In this document: piece after piece, positions 46,769 to 63,034 of the stretch | Layout: each line of letters begins with the position of its first letter | Numbering within the stretch: the stretch's first letter is position 1 | NCBI RefSeq assembly: GCF_009914755.1 | Contig: NC_060929.1 | Source: the human T2T-CHM13v2.0 reference genome, Homo sapiens | DNA: 64,000 nucleotides | Direction: 5' to 3' (one strand) | Made by a program: the position numbers and the translations under genes | The notes under the pieces: generated by a model | Database searches by the model: none | Seen by the model: the letters and a program-made list of their open reading frames with translations, nothing else | What the model was told of the DNA's origin: nothing

Positions 46769-47184
46769 AAGACTGTGATCCCAGTAAAATATGAAGCCAG
46801 GGTTGGGTGGCCACTTCATAAAGCAGTTCTGTGGGGCCTCTTTGTCTCACAAGTTATCTTTACATTGGATGACACTGAATTAGGAGTTGAAGTGAACTTG
46901 GTTGGATTTGGATACTGCTCTAAAAGTTAGAAAATTAGGTCATTTGACATTTCTGCTCCGTGTTTTGCCATGTTTGGTTCCTACATACTTTTGCAAAGAT
47001 CAAGGAAGACCTCTGAGGCATCTCTTTATCTCTTATTTCTATTACTATCACCCCAATTCAAGTCATCATCATTACCCTGGACTTCTGGGATAGCTTCCCA
47101 CTGTTCCCACTCATCTACTCTTGCTCACTGCCTTCCCCCCAAACCCCCTAAAATTCATTCTCCAGATAGTGACTAGAGTGAATC

Positions 47185-47691
47185 GACTATATCTTCTCTT
47201 TTCCTGCTCTGGATATAATTTATATCTTTTCCTGCTCTGGATATAATTTATATCCTTCATTCTCCATTTCTGTGCCCCTGTGTGCCAACTGCTATTGTCT
47301 GCATTAGATGGACTTCCTTATCTTCTGGCTTCTATTGAATTTGGTGAACTGGGGAGGGTCAAGTAGGAGATCAGTGTGTGGGAGAAGAAAGAAGTTTGAG
47401 TATTTATCACCTAGGAAGGGGGACTTCCAGGACACTGTTTGGCAGGGATGCTGGGCCTCTACTGGAGGCCTAGTTCCGACTGTGTTGCCCTCTCCTTCAG
47501 CTACAGTTACAGTTATAGTGCTTTCTAGATTCTGGGAACTCCTCCCTTTCCTGCTCCTTCAGGCCTAGGAATGGTAATACTTCCTAATTGTTGCCAAGTC
47601 TAGTGTATTTTACAGTCCTCTATTTTTCCGTTTTAACCTTACTGTTATCTGAGTAGGTCATCTCCTTCCTGCCAAGTCATTAACTGGTACA
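47185..47691 (+). mobile_element. LTR33-like (ERVL) LTR
   Basis: TCTGGCTTCTATTGAATTTGG...AGGAGATCAG...GAGTATTTAT...CCTTCAGGCCTAGG; ends AACTGGTACA. Confidence 0.6.
47197..47254. repeat. Perfect 28-bp tandem duplication
   Basis: TCTTTTCCTGCTCTGGATATAATTTATA twice. Confidence 0.95.
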
Positions 47692-47706
47692 GGAGGGAGA
47701 AGGAGA

Positions 47707-49009
<1,303 letters not shown>

Positions 49010-50046
49010 GGACCACCCAAGATGGCCGAACAGGAACAGCTCCAGTCTATAGCTCCCAGCGTGAGCGACACAGAAGATGGGTGATTTCTGTATTTCCAAC
49101 TGAGGTACTCAGTTCATCTCATTAGGAGTTGTTGGACAGTGGGTGCAGCCCACAGAGTGTGAGCTGAAGCAGGGTGGGGCATCGTCTCACCCGGGAAGTG
49201 CAAGGGGTCGGGGGAGTTCCCTTTCCTAGCCCAGGGAAGCCATGACAGATGGTACCTGGAAAATTGGGACACTCCCGCCCTAATACTGTGCTTTTCCAAT
49301 GGTCTTAGCAAATGGCACACCAGGAGATTACATCCCACGCCTGGCTTGGTGGGTCCCACACCCACGGAGCCTTGCTCACTGCTAGCACAGCAGTCCGAGA
49401 TCAAATAGTCAGGCGACAGCGAGGCTGGGGGACGGGTGTCTGCCATTGCTGAGGCTTGACTAGGTAAACAAAGTGGCTGGGAAGCTCGAACTGGGTGGAG
49501 CCCACTGCAGCTCAAGGAGGCCTGCCTGCCTCTGTAGACTCCACCTCTGGAGGGAGGGCATAGCTGAACAAAAAGCAGCAGAACCTTCTGCAAACTTAAA
49601 CGTCCCTCTCTGACAGCTTTGAAGAGAGCAGTGGTTCTCCTAGCATGGAGTTTGAGATCTGAAAATGGATAGACTGCCTCCTCAAGTGGGTCCCTGACCC
49701 CTGAGTAGCCTAACTGGGAGACATCTCCCAGTAGGGGCCAACTGACACCTCATACAGCCAGGCGCCCTTTTGAGACGAAGCTTCCAGAGGAAGGATCAGG
49801 CAGCAACATTTGCTGTTCTGCAATATTTGCTGTTCTGCAGCCTCCGCTGGTGATACCCAGGCAAACAGGGTCTGGAGTGGACCTCCAGCAAACTCCAACA
49901 GACCTGCAACTGAGGGTCCTCACTGTTAGAAGGAAAACTAACAAACAGAAAGGAATAGCATCAACATCAACACAAAGGACATCCACACCAAAACCCCATC
50001 TGTAGGTCAACATCATCAAAGACCAAAGGTAGATAAAACCACAAAG

Positions 50047-51071
50047 ATGGGGAGAAACTAGAGCAGAAAAGCTGAAAATTCTGAAAACTGGAGTGCCTCT
50101 TCTGCTCCAAAGGATCGCAGCTCCTTGCCAGCAGCAGAACAAAGCTGGATGGAGAATGACTTTGACGAGTTGAGAGAAGTAGGCTTCAGAAAATCAGTAA
50201 TAACAAACTTCTCCAAGCTAGAGTAGGATGTTCAGCCCCATTGCAAGGAAGCAAAAAACCTTGAAAAAAGATTAGACAAATGGCTAACTAGAATAAACAG
50301 CACAGAGAAGAACTTAAATGACCTGATGGATCTGAAAACCATGGCACGAGAACTATGTGATGCACACACAAGCTTCAGTAACCAATTCAATCAAGTGGAA
50401 GAAAGGGTATCAGTGATTGAAGATCAAAGGAATGAAATGAAGCAAGAAGAGAAGTTTAGAGAAAAAAGAGTAAAAAGAAACAAACAAAGCCTCCAAGAAA
50501 TATGGGACTATGTGAAAAGACCAAATCTGCGTTTGATTGGTGTACCTGAAAGTGACAGGGAGAATGGAACCAAGCTGGAAAACACTCTTCAGGATATTAT
50601 CCAGGAGAACTTCCCCAACCTAGGAAGGCAGGCCAACATTCAAATTCAGGAAATACAAATAATGCCACAAAGATACTCCTTGAGAAGAGCAACCCCAAGA
50701 CACATAATTATTAGATTCACCAAGGTTGAAATGAAGGAAAAATGTTAAGGGCAGCCAGACAGAAAGGTTGGGTTGCCCACAAAGGGAAGCCCGTCAGACT
50801 AACAGCAGATCTCTCAGCAGAAATTCTACAAGCCAGAAGAGAGTGGGGGCCAATATTCAACATTCTTAAATAAAAGAATTTTCAACCCAGAATTTCTTAT
50901 CCAGCCAAACTAAGCTTCATAAGTGAAGGAGAAATAAAATTTTTTACAGATAAGCAAATGCTGAGAGATTTTATCACCACCAGGCCTGTCTTATAAGAGC
51001 TCCTGAAGGAAGCAGTAAACATGGAATGGAACAACTGGTACCAGCCACTGCAAAAACATGCCAAATTGTAA
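50047..51071 (+). pseudogene. Inactivated L1 ORF1
   Basis: ATGGGGAGAAAC then TAG; remnant QSLQEIWDYVKRPNLRLIGVPE; frameshifts. Confidence 0.9.
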
Positions 51072-51134
51072 AGACCATCAATGCTAGGAAGAAACTGCAT
51101 CAACTACCGAGCAAAATAACCAGCTAACATCATA

Positions 51135-53436
<2,302 letters not shown>

Positions 53437-56087
53437 ATGGTCCAGTTCAACATCAAGAATATTTTTTCCCTGTTTTCTCCATTAATTTTAATTTCAGATC
53501 TTACATGTAAGTGTTTATTTCTATGTGTTTTTGTATATAGTGTGAGACAAGAGTCCACTTTCATTGTTCTGCATGTTGATATCCAATTTTTCCCAACACC
53601 AGTTATTGAAGAGATTATCATTTCTCCATTAAGTATTCTTGAGGCCTTTGTTGAACATCAATTGGCTAAATATAGTGTGGATTTATATCTGGTATCTCTA
53701 TTCTATTCCAGTTGTTGAAAGTCTGTTTTTATGCCAGAACTATACTATTTTGATCATTAGAGCTTTTGTAGCATATTTTGAAATCAGGTATTGTGATGTC
53801 TCCATCTTTGTACTCCTTGCTCAAGATTGGTATGGCCGTTAGAGGTATTTCGTGGTTCCATATGAAGTTTAGAATTTTATTTTCTATTTCTGTAAAAATA
53901 CCATTGGAATTGTTATAGGGATTGCACTTAATCTGTGGATAATGTTGAGTGATATGAACATTTAAAAATATTAATTTTTAAAATGTGAAAATGGGATATA
54001 CTTCCGTTTATCTGTGTCTTCTTCAATTTCTTTCATCAATATTTTACAGTTTTCACTTTATAGACCTTTCATCTCTTTGGATAAATTTATTCCTAAGTAT
54101 TTTTGATGCTATTATAAATGAGACTATTTCCTTAATTCTTTTCCTGATGGTTTCTTGTTAGTGTACAGAAATGCAATGATTTGTGTATGTTGATTTTGTG
54201 TTCTGCAATTTTACTAAATTTATTTATTAATCTTAACAGGTTTTCTTGTGGGGTCTTTAGGGCTTTCTATATATATGAGTATTTTATAAACGGGGACAGT
54301 TTAACTTCTTCCTTTATGATTTGTGTGACTTTTATTTCTTTCTCTTGCCTAATTGATCTGGCTAGGTCTTCTAGTACTATGCTGAATAGACTTGGCAAGA
54401 GAGAGAGCATCCTTGTCTTAGAGGACTCCTGATCTTAAAGGAAAAGCTTTCAGTTTTTCACCATTGAATATGTCAGCTGTGGGCTTATAATATATGACCT
54501 TGATTATGTGGAGATACAGTTTTTCTATACCAAATTTGTTGAGAGCTTTTTTTAATCAAGAAAAGATGTTGAATTTTGTCGAATATGTCTATTGAGATGA
54601 TCATTTGGTTTCTGTTCTTTGTTTTATTAATGTGATGTACTTGTGTATGTCAAGACACTGTTGCTTCTCTGGGGTAAATCCAGCTTGATTATGATGAATG
54701 TTCCTTTTGAATTGGGTTTGCTATTATTAACAATTTGTTGAAGATTTCTGCGTCTATGTTCATCAGGAATATTGCCCTGCAATTTCCTTTTCTTATAATG
54801 TCCTTGTCTGGCTTTGGCATCAGGGTGATCCTGATCTTGTAAAATAAGTTTGGAAGTATTCCCTCTTTTTGACTCTTTTGGAAGAGTTTGAGAAGAATTA
54901 GTATTAGTTCTTCTTTAAGAAGGAGCCCTACAAGACAAAGATGCCCTATCTTGCTGAGTCTATTGAACACAGTATTGGAAGACCCAAATCATAAAGGAAG
55001 AAGTTACATTGTCCCTGTTTGGTAGAATTCAGCAGTAAAGCCATCAGGTCCTGGGATTTCTTTGATGGGGGACTTTTACTGATTCAATCTCCTTTTTTGT
55101 TATTGGTCTTTTCAGATTGTCTATTTCTTTATGATTCAGTCTTGGGAAGTTATGTGTCTAGAAATTTATTCATTTCTTCTAAATTATCCTATTGATGTAT
55201 AATTGTTCATAGTAGTCTTATGATCCTTTGCATTTCTGTAGTAGCAGTCATAATGTCTCCTCTTTCACGTATAATCATATTTGAGTTTTCTCTTTTTTCT
55301 TAAGTTAGCTAAAAATTTGTCAATGTTGTTTATCTTTTCAAAAAACCAACTTTTAATTTTATTGATCTTTTCTACTTTTTCCTGTATCTATTTCACTTAT
55401 TTCCACTCTGATTATTACTACTTTCTTCCTTTTGCTAACTTTGGACTTACTTTTTCTTCTTTTCCTAGTTTCTGGAGGTGTAAAGTTAAGTTGTTTATTT
55501 GAGATCATTGTCTTTTCTTAATGTAGGCACTTATCACTATAAACTTCTTTCTCAGAACTGCTTTTGTTGTATTTCCATTTTTGTTTTTCCAGGATATTAT
55601 TTGACTACATTTTGAATTCTTCTTTGACCCATTGGTTGTTCAGTAGCATGTTATTTGATTTGCACATATTTGTGAACTTTCTAATTTATTCCGTTATTGA
55701 TTTTATTTTTATATCATTGTGGTAGGAAAATATAACTGATATAATTTCAATCTTCTTAAATCTGTTAAGACTTGTTTTGTGGCCTAATGTATGATCTAGC
55801 CTGGGAAGTGCTTCGTGTGTGCTTGAGAAGAATATCTATTCTGTTGCTATTGGATGGAATGTTATGTATTCACTTGTTAGGTTCATTTGGCCTATGATGT
55901 TGTCGAGTCTGCTCTTTCCTTATATATATATATATTTTTTTTTTGTCTGGATGGTCTATCTATTGTTGAAAACAGAATATTGAAGTCCCCTGCTATCATC
56001 ATATTGCTGTCTACATTTCCTTTTAGTTATGTTAATATTTACTTTATAAATTGAAGTGCTTTGTTGTTGGGTGCATATATAATTGTC

Positions 56088-56091
56088 ATAT

Positions 56092-56126
<35 letters not shown>
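56088..56126. repeat. (CA)n(TA)n microsatellite inside the L1
   Basis: Read directly. Confidence 0.9.
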
Positions 56127-57757
56127 CTCATGTCATATATATGCAATTATACTCTTGATAAATTGACTCCCTTATAATTATTGGTGACTTTTCTGTGTCT
56201 TTTGATGGATTTTGACTTAAATTCAATTTTGTCTGATATAAGTATTCCCACCCCTGCTCTTTTGATTATCATTTACACGGAATATCTTTTTCCATCCCTT
56301 CACTTTTAGCCTATGTGTGTTCTTAAAGTGAGTCTCTTAGGTAGCATGTAGTTGGTTTTTCGTTTTGTACTCATTCAGCCCCTCTATGTCTTTTGATTGG
56401 ATAATCTACTCCATTTACATGTATAGTAGTTATTGATAGGTAAAGACTTATTATTCCCATTTTGTTCATTGTTTTTTCACTGTTTTGTAGTTTTAAAAAA
56501 TTTCTTTCTTCTTTTCTTACTGATTTTCTTTGTGACTGATGATTTCTTTGTAATGATATACTTTGATTCCTTTCTGTTTATCTTTTGTATATCTTATATA
56601 GGTTTTTCTTTGTGGTTACCATAAACCTTACATAAAACATTTTAATATTTTAGAATTATAACAGTCTATTTTTAGCTGATATTGACTTCAACCATATCCA
56701 AAATATCTACACTTTTATTTCTTCTCATCTCATTTTTTATTTTATTGATGTCACAATTTACATCTTTTTCTACTGTAAACACATTAACACATTATTATAG
56801 CTATATTTTTAATACTTTTTTCATTTAACTTTTATACTACAGTTAAAAGTGATTTACATGCCATCATTACAGTATTAGGGTACAGACTCTGACTATAGTC
56901 TTATCTTTACAGCGAGTTTCAAACTTTCATACGTTTTCATGCTGCTAGTTAGCAATGGTTTCATTCTTAAAGAATACCCTTTAGCATTTCCTGTAAGGGA
57001 GGTCTAGTGGTAATAAAATTCCACAGCTTTTGTTTGACTGGGAAAGTCTATCTCTCATTTCTGAAGCACAGTTTTGCCATGTAGAGTATTCTTTCTTGGC
57101 CCTTTTTTCTTTCAGTACTTTGAATATATCATCCCACTCAAAACTAGCCTGTAAAGTTTCTGCTGAGACATCTGCTCATATTCTTATAAGGGTTCTTTTG
57201 AATGTGATTACTTTTCTGTTGCTATTTTCAAAATTCTCCCTTAGATCTGAGACTTTTGAGAATTTTATTATAATATGTCTCAGTGAGGATCTCTTCAGGT
57301 TTAATGTATTTGGGATTCTTTAGGTTTTATGGATCTGGATGACAATCTTTCCTTTCAGATTTGAGAAATTTTCTGTCATTATTTCTATAAATAAGCTTTC
57401 TTCTCCTCTCTCTTTCTCTTCTCCTTCTGATGTGGCCATAATGCATAAAATGGTTTGTTTTATGGTGTTCCATAAAACTTGTAGGTTGTTTTTTACTTCT
57501 TTTAAAATTAGTTATTATTATTCATTTGGTAATTTCAAATGACTTATCTTCAAGGTTGCTGATTCTTTTTTCTGCTTGATTGGGTCTACTGTTGAAGAAG
57601 TCTGTGGAAAGTTTTGACTCAGTCATTGTGTTCTTTAGCTCCAGTATTTCTGTTTAGTTTCTTTTTGTGGTTTCTTTGTTGAACTCATTAGTTCATGTAT
57701 TGATGTATTGGTTTTCTTCTGATTTTACTTAATTGTCTTTCTGTATTCTCTTGTAGC

Positions 57758-58081
57758 TTTTTTTTTTTTTTTAAGTTAAGGTCTTGCTTTGTCATCCAAG
57801 CTGGAGTGCAGTGGCTCAATCATGGTTCACTGTAGCCTCAAACTTCTGGGATCAAGCGATCCTTTCACCTCAGCTTCCTGAGTAGCTATAGGCACTATAT
57901 GGAATACAGGCAAGCATCACCATACCTAGCTAATTAATTTTCTTTTTCTTTTTTTTTTTTTTTAAGAAATGGGATCTTTCTATGTTGCCCAGGCTGGACT
58001 TGAACTCTTGGGCTCAAGTGATTCTCCTGCCTTGGACTTTCAAAGTGCTGAGATTACAACTGTGAACTATTATACCCAGCC
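57758..58081 (-). mobile_element. AluJ (Jo/Jr-like)
   Basis: CAATCATGGTTCACTGTAGCCTC and CTATGTTGCCCAGGCTGG; ~13-bp internal insertion ATAGGCACTATAT. Confidence 0.9.
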
Positions 58082-59921
58082 TAACTGAACTTCTTAAAGA
58101 TGATTGTTTTGAATTATTTATTCCACAGTTTGTAGGTCTCTTCTTTCTTTAGGGACTATACATATGCTTTATTTTGTTCCTTTAATGGGTGTCATGTTTT
58201 TCTGAGTACTTGTGATCCTTCTGGCTTTGCATTGGGATCTGCACACTTGAAGAAGTAGGCACCTCTTCTAGTGTTTACAGACCGGCTTTGGCAGGGAAAG
58301 TCCGTCATCATTTCACCCTTCTAGAGATACTAGGTAGGACAGCCAATGGGGTACATGCATGCTTGCTTCTGAAGTCCTTGGTGCAAGGGAGGGAGGCTTC
58401 CTGGTGCCTGGGTCAGTGGGCTGGAGGGTCTGGCTCCCAGGTCTGCAAAGACTATCCCAGGGCCTTGATCTTTGGGGATAGGCCTAGCATCTGGGTCCAG
58501 TGGTGTGGGTCTAGAGCTTGGCTGAAATACAGCCTGAGTCTGCAGGTGCGGGCCTCCTGCTGGAGTCCACTAGGGCGGGCATGGTGATGAGGGTGAGGCC
58601 AGGCCTGGAGCCTTGGTGCATATATGCAGGCATCGTATCTAGTTATATATGGCTGAGCCTGGAGCCGGGGCCATGTGTGCCAGTTTGGTGTTGGCACCCA
58701 CTGAGGCAGTCCTGGAGACTGAGCTCATAGGGGCAAGCCTGGGTCCTGGGTCTTTAGGGACTCCTTTAGAATCTGGAGCTATCAAAGCTATCCTTGCACT
58801 GCTGTAGGCCTGAAACCTGGGTCCCAGTGGGCCATCCTCACACTGGGGTGGGCCTGGAGTCTGAGTCCACAGGGGCAGATCTGGTGCCTGGGCCATAGGG
58901 TAGGACTAAGAACTGGTTCTGTAGGTGCTAGCTTGATGCTGAACTGACCTGGATCCCGAGTCTGTAGGGGAGGGCCTGGGTCTTGGTTTCATGCGGGCTG
59001 GCCTGGAGCCTGGGGCTACACAGGTGCCATCCTGGCACTGGGGTGGGCCTGGAGCTTTGATCTGTGGCCCACAGATGTACGTGGCTTATTGCCTGGGAAC
59101 ACGGAATGGGCCTGAAGTCTGGGTCCATGCTGGTGGACCTGTAGCCCAGAAATATGGGGGTGGGCCTGGAGCCTGGGTCTGCTCAGGCCTGATGCTGAGG
59201 TTGTTAGGAGTCTGAGTTTGTGGGGGCAGGCATGGGTCCTGGGTCTACTTGGGCTGATGTAGAATGACTGCAGCAAGCCTGAAGCCTGGGGCCATGGTGG
59301 CTGGCCTGGAGCTTGGGTCCTTAAGAGCTAGCCTAGTGCTAGGGTATGCCTGGAACCTGAAGCCATAGGGTTGTTCTGGTGCTGTCATGGGCCTAAAACC
59401 TGGGTGTACAAGGGCAGGTCTGGCACCAGTGCATGCCTGGAGCCTGGGTCCATGGTGTGTGGCCTGGAGCCTGAGTCTGTGGGAGCAGGTATGGGTTCTG
59501 GCTTCATGAGGCCTATCTGGCCTTGGGCCAGCCTATAGCCTGTGCTGGGTCAGGCCTGGGGACTGTGTCTGTAGGGAGTGGCCTATAGCCTGGAGTTGCA
59601 GGGACCAGTCTGGTGCTGGGGTTCACAGCAATATCAGGTGATCAGTTTGTACTTCCGCCAAGCACAGGGTATCTCTTTCTATACCATACTTACTGAGCTA
59701 GGGGGAGGGATAATGAGGGTAATGTGAAACTGTCCTTTCTGCCTTCTTCAAAGCATCTTTTTCTTATTTATGTGCTCCTGTCAGGTGCTGTAATCTCTCA
59801 CCTGAATTTCTTAGCTCTTGTGAAGTTATTTCCATGTGTGTATGGAAGCTGTTCAAACTGATATTTCTGTGAGGAGATGAGTGCTGGTCTCTCATCTCAT
59901 CCTCTTGCTGATGTCACTCTC

Positions 59922-61055
59922 AGGGTCATTAAAGACATTATTTGTTGTATCATTTTTAATTTCCACTATTCCTTTTTGTTTTTTTCTTTAAATTTTCTTT
60001 TTTCTACTTACATTACCCATCTATTTTTGCGTGTTGTCTACTTTTTCTGTTGAAGCCCTAACACATTAATCATATTTGTTATTTTAAATTCCTGTCTTAT
60101 TCTAACATGGAATGTCATGTCTGAGACTGTCCTGATGATGCTTGCTTTGTCTCTTCAGACTATGTGTCTTCTTTTCTTTTAGTATACCTTGTAAGTTTTT
60201 TGCTTGATGTGATATATTAGATAATAAGAACTTTCATAATTAGGCTTATAGAGTAAGGATTTATGTTAATTTTGCTGAGAGTTGGTCCGTGTTTATGTTT
60301 GCTGTAGCTAATATGTGCCAGAAGCTTTAAATTCCTCTAGTGTCCTTGATGTTTCTCTCCTGTTGACTTTGGACACCCTTAAATGTTCCTCCTCAAAGAC
60401 AGTGGACATCTTGAAGCTCTTTCAGCTATGGTCCACTGTTGTTATACCAGAGTGCTGTTGCTGGGCAAAGGAACGCAAGAGGTGAAAAATTCTGTAATCT
60501 TACAATTAAACACTACTCTTTCAGTGGGCCTGTGTTTTAGGGCTATGACTTTGGTAAGTGTTTTGCCAGTGGTATAGGTTTCCCTTAGGCCTCTTCTCTA
60601 CTTCTCCGGCCGTAGCATTCCTAACCTATTTCCTTGAAGCTTTAACTCCTGCTTCTGGCTGAAGGATCTTTGTTGGCTCTTCGCTGTGAGAATCTGGTGG
60701 GATTCCTTGAGGTAAAGCCAACAAAATTGTGGGGCCTCCCTAAGTCTGTGACCCCAGGAATTTTACACTCTCATGCTAGTCCATTCAGCCTTTGCAATGT
60801 GGCAAAATTACCATTTAAGTGCTCCTACCATTTTATGAGCTCCAGAGACTTCTACCCCAGGTAAGCAAATCTTTCCTGGAATACTGTGAATCTCTGGATT
60901 TGGCTGTCTTTCCAGATATCTAGATAGAAATTTACCCTGTAATCTCAGTTCTCTCAAGAAAAGTCGTTGCATTTCTGTTTGTTCAGCTCTTTCTTATTGT
61001 AAGAACAGGAGTGATGATTTCCAAGCTCTTTACATGTCTGAGCTTATAGTAGAGT
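59922..61055 (-). mobile_element. L1M4/L1MB-type 5' region
   Basis: TTACCCATCT...TGTTGTCTACTTTTTC...GCTTGCTTTGTCTCTTCAGACT...TTTCCAAGCTCTTTACATG. Confidence 0.65.
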
Positions 61056-62211
61056 TACTCATGTATAGTTGAATCCTGAAGTGCACAGTATTGGTGAACC
61101 TTGAAAAAAAGTAACTGAAGAGTAGAACATGAAAAGAAATGAGGAAATATTTTCTAGCTTAAATAAGTTTATGGAACAATTTTGATCTGTGGCTGTGTCA
61201 AAGTTAGTAAACTAGATGACAATTTACTTTTTCTCCAAAAATTTATATGAGCTATACTTTCAATTTGGGTAATCAATGAAATTCCCCATTTTGCTTCCCA
61301 TGCATATAAGACACTGCTTTGATGACCAGTTGACATGAGAAAGATTTTTCATAGGAAGTGGCATAAAATTTAGTGATTCATAAAGTGTGTCATGGGACTG
61401 TATAGATATTATTATTTTGTATGTAAAACTGTCTTCAAAAGACCACAATGATCTCGGTTTCACTGAGAAGTCACATGTTGATGCAAACCTTATGTTCACA
61501 CAGTGGTTGCCTTTTAGTACATCAAACGTTAGTGAACATCATTAGATCAAATGACTGTAAAAGGTCTTAAGTGGAATGATTTTGATCTGCTCTACACATT
61601 TCCCACTGGATTTTTGTCCACATTACATAATCGCTGTACATTTGGCACAGTATGTTGCCTTTGAAAAAGCTTCAAGATTAAGAAAGCATGAAGACAGGAT
61701 TGCCCATAAAATCAGAAAGGAGCACTAGAAATATATATGCTGCAAAAACTAAAACCTTTCTTCCTCATTCAGTGTAAACTAAAAGCTCATGCTGAGCTAA
61801 AGCTTTATGATTAAGAACTCAACGTAGATAAACATTAAAAGCTATTTCACACTATTTGTCTTCTGATTTGGCAAGACATCAGTATTAAAAAATCTATTTA
61901 GTAATGATTTCTAAAATTCTTAACCCTGTACAGAAGGTCTTATTTACTCTACCGTGGTCAAACAGCCTGGAAAAATTAAAATAAAAAAAAAATAGTCAAT
62001 TTGCATAGGACAAGTTAGTCTGAGAGCATTTCTTCTTTAAGAGAGCATAAAAGTGAAAGAAGATCCCCTGGATGTGGGTAGTTTTAGAGGGAATATTGAC
62101 AACTGAGCAAATATTAAGCATACTTTTCCAAATTGAGATCATTTGCATTTAGCTTTTAATATACAGCCTTCCCTTTTCCTATCTCATAGCAGCTTCTTCA
62201 GTGTAATTAGA

Positions 62212-62435
62212 TTTAATTAGAAGCAGTGACATCAACTTCAAAAGCTGTGGATTGTGCTCAGAAGTCACCTTTGGAATCACTATAAAATGTTTGCCCATTT
62301 TAGTAAGCAAGACATTTAAACTTGCAGTCTGTTTAACCAGAAAAGAATAAAAGTGAAAGAGATGTTTGTGGTGATTCAAAGGTGACTTTTGAGCACATTC
62401 CACAGCCTTTGAAGTTGTCACTGAGCCTAATTAAA
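62212..62435. repeat. Long imperfect inverted repeat (75/71-bp arms, 78-bp spacer)
   Basis: 62212-62286 aligns to the reverse complement of 62365-62435 with 63 matches, 8 mismatches and 2 indels (hand alignment). Confidence 0.92.
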
Positions 62436-62752
62436 CTTCTCCTTCGTGTTTATTCTTTTGCAATTAAATGGACTTCAAGTTTAAATGTTCTTTTACAAGG
62501 AATTTTAATTATTACAAATGCAAAGTTTTATTTAGGGCCTGTTTCCACCTAGCCGTAATCAATAATATTATTTCCATGAGTAAGAGAGGTTAGGAGGCCC
62601 AAGCAACAAAATCAGAGTGAACATTTTGGAAAACAATATTTGTTGGGAATAGCCCAGGGGAATATCAAAAGATGTGCTGGAGCAAGCTTTCACCAGCTCA
62701 TCAGAGCTAATTGTTAAATTTTCACTAATTTTGCAAGCCAGTTGTTCAAGGC

Positions 62753-62796
<44 letters not shown>

Positions 62797-62804
62797 GTCA
62801 TCAT
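62753..62804. repeat. (CAT)14 trinucleotide microsatellite
   Basis: 14 perfect units at 62753-62794 plus an interrupted extension. Confidence 0.97.
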
Positions 62805-63034
62805 TTGAGGCACATCTTGCTGTGTCACCCAGGCTGGAGTGCAGTGGCACAATTATGGCTCACTGCAACCTTGACCTCCTGGGCTCAATTGATCCTCTTA
62901 CCTCAGCCTCCCAAGTAGTTGGGACTGCAGGCATGCATCACCATGCCTGGATAATTTTTGTATTTTTTCTAGAGACAGGATCTCCCTATGTTTCCCAGGC
63001 TGGTCTCTAATTTCTGGGCTTAAGTGATCTGCCC
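62756..63034 (-). mobile_element. 5'-truncated AluJ with a (CAT)n tail
   Basis: CTCCTGGGCTCAA..GATCCTC; TSD TCAAGGCCAT at 62746-62755 and 63035-63044. Confidence 0.9.

Larger units (their letters stand above)
53437..59921 (-). mobile_element. L1MA-type element (ORF2, ORF1 and repeat-rich 5' UTR) lacking its 3' end
   Basis: Minus-strand ORF2 remnants; 5' terminus at 59680-59921 is homologous to that at 29430-29655 (GGGTAATGT.AAACT...GGTGCTGTAATCTCT...TTAGCTCTTGTGAAG). Confidence 0.85.

Noticed and set aside
49808-49840. ATTTGCTGTTCTGCA duplication
   Set aside because: Recalled as a feature of the L1PA5-7 consensus rather than locus-specific
56072-56145. TGCATATATA / TATATATGCA inverted repeat
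   Set aside because: Low complexity; explained by decay of the TA tract in L1 sequence
58288-59640. GC-richer region with many ORFs as a CpG island, gene or CRISPR-like array
   Set aside because: CpG-depleted, irregularly spaced degenerate repeats inside an L1 5' UTR; no constant repeat-spacer structure and no cas genes
62568-62852. ORF with a poly-Asp tract
   Set aside because: Translation of Alu sequence plus the (GAT)n microsatellite
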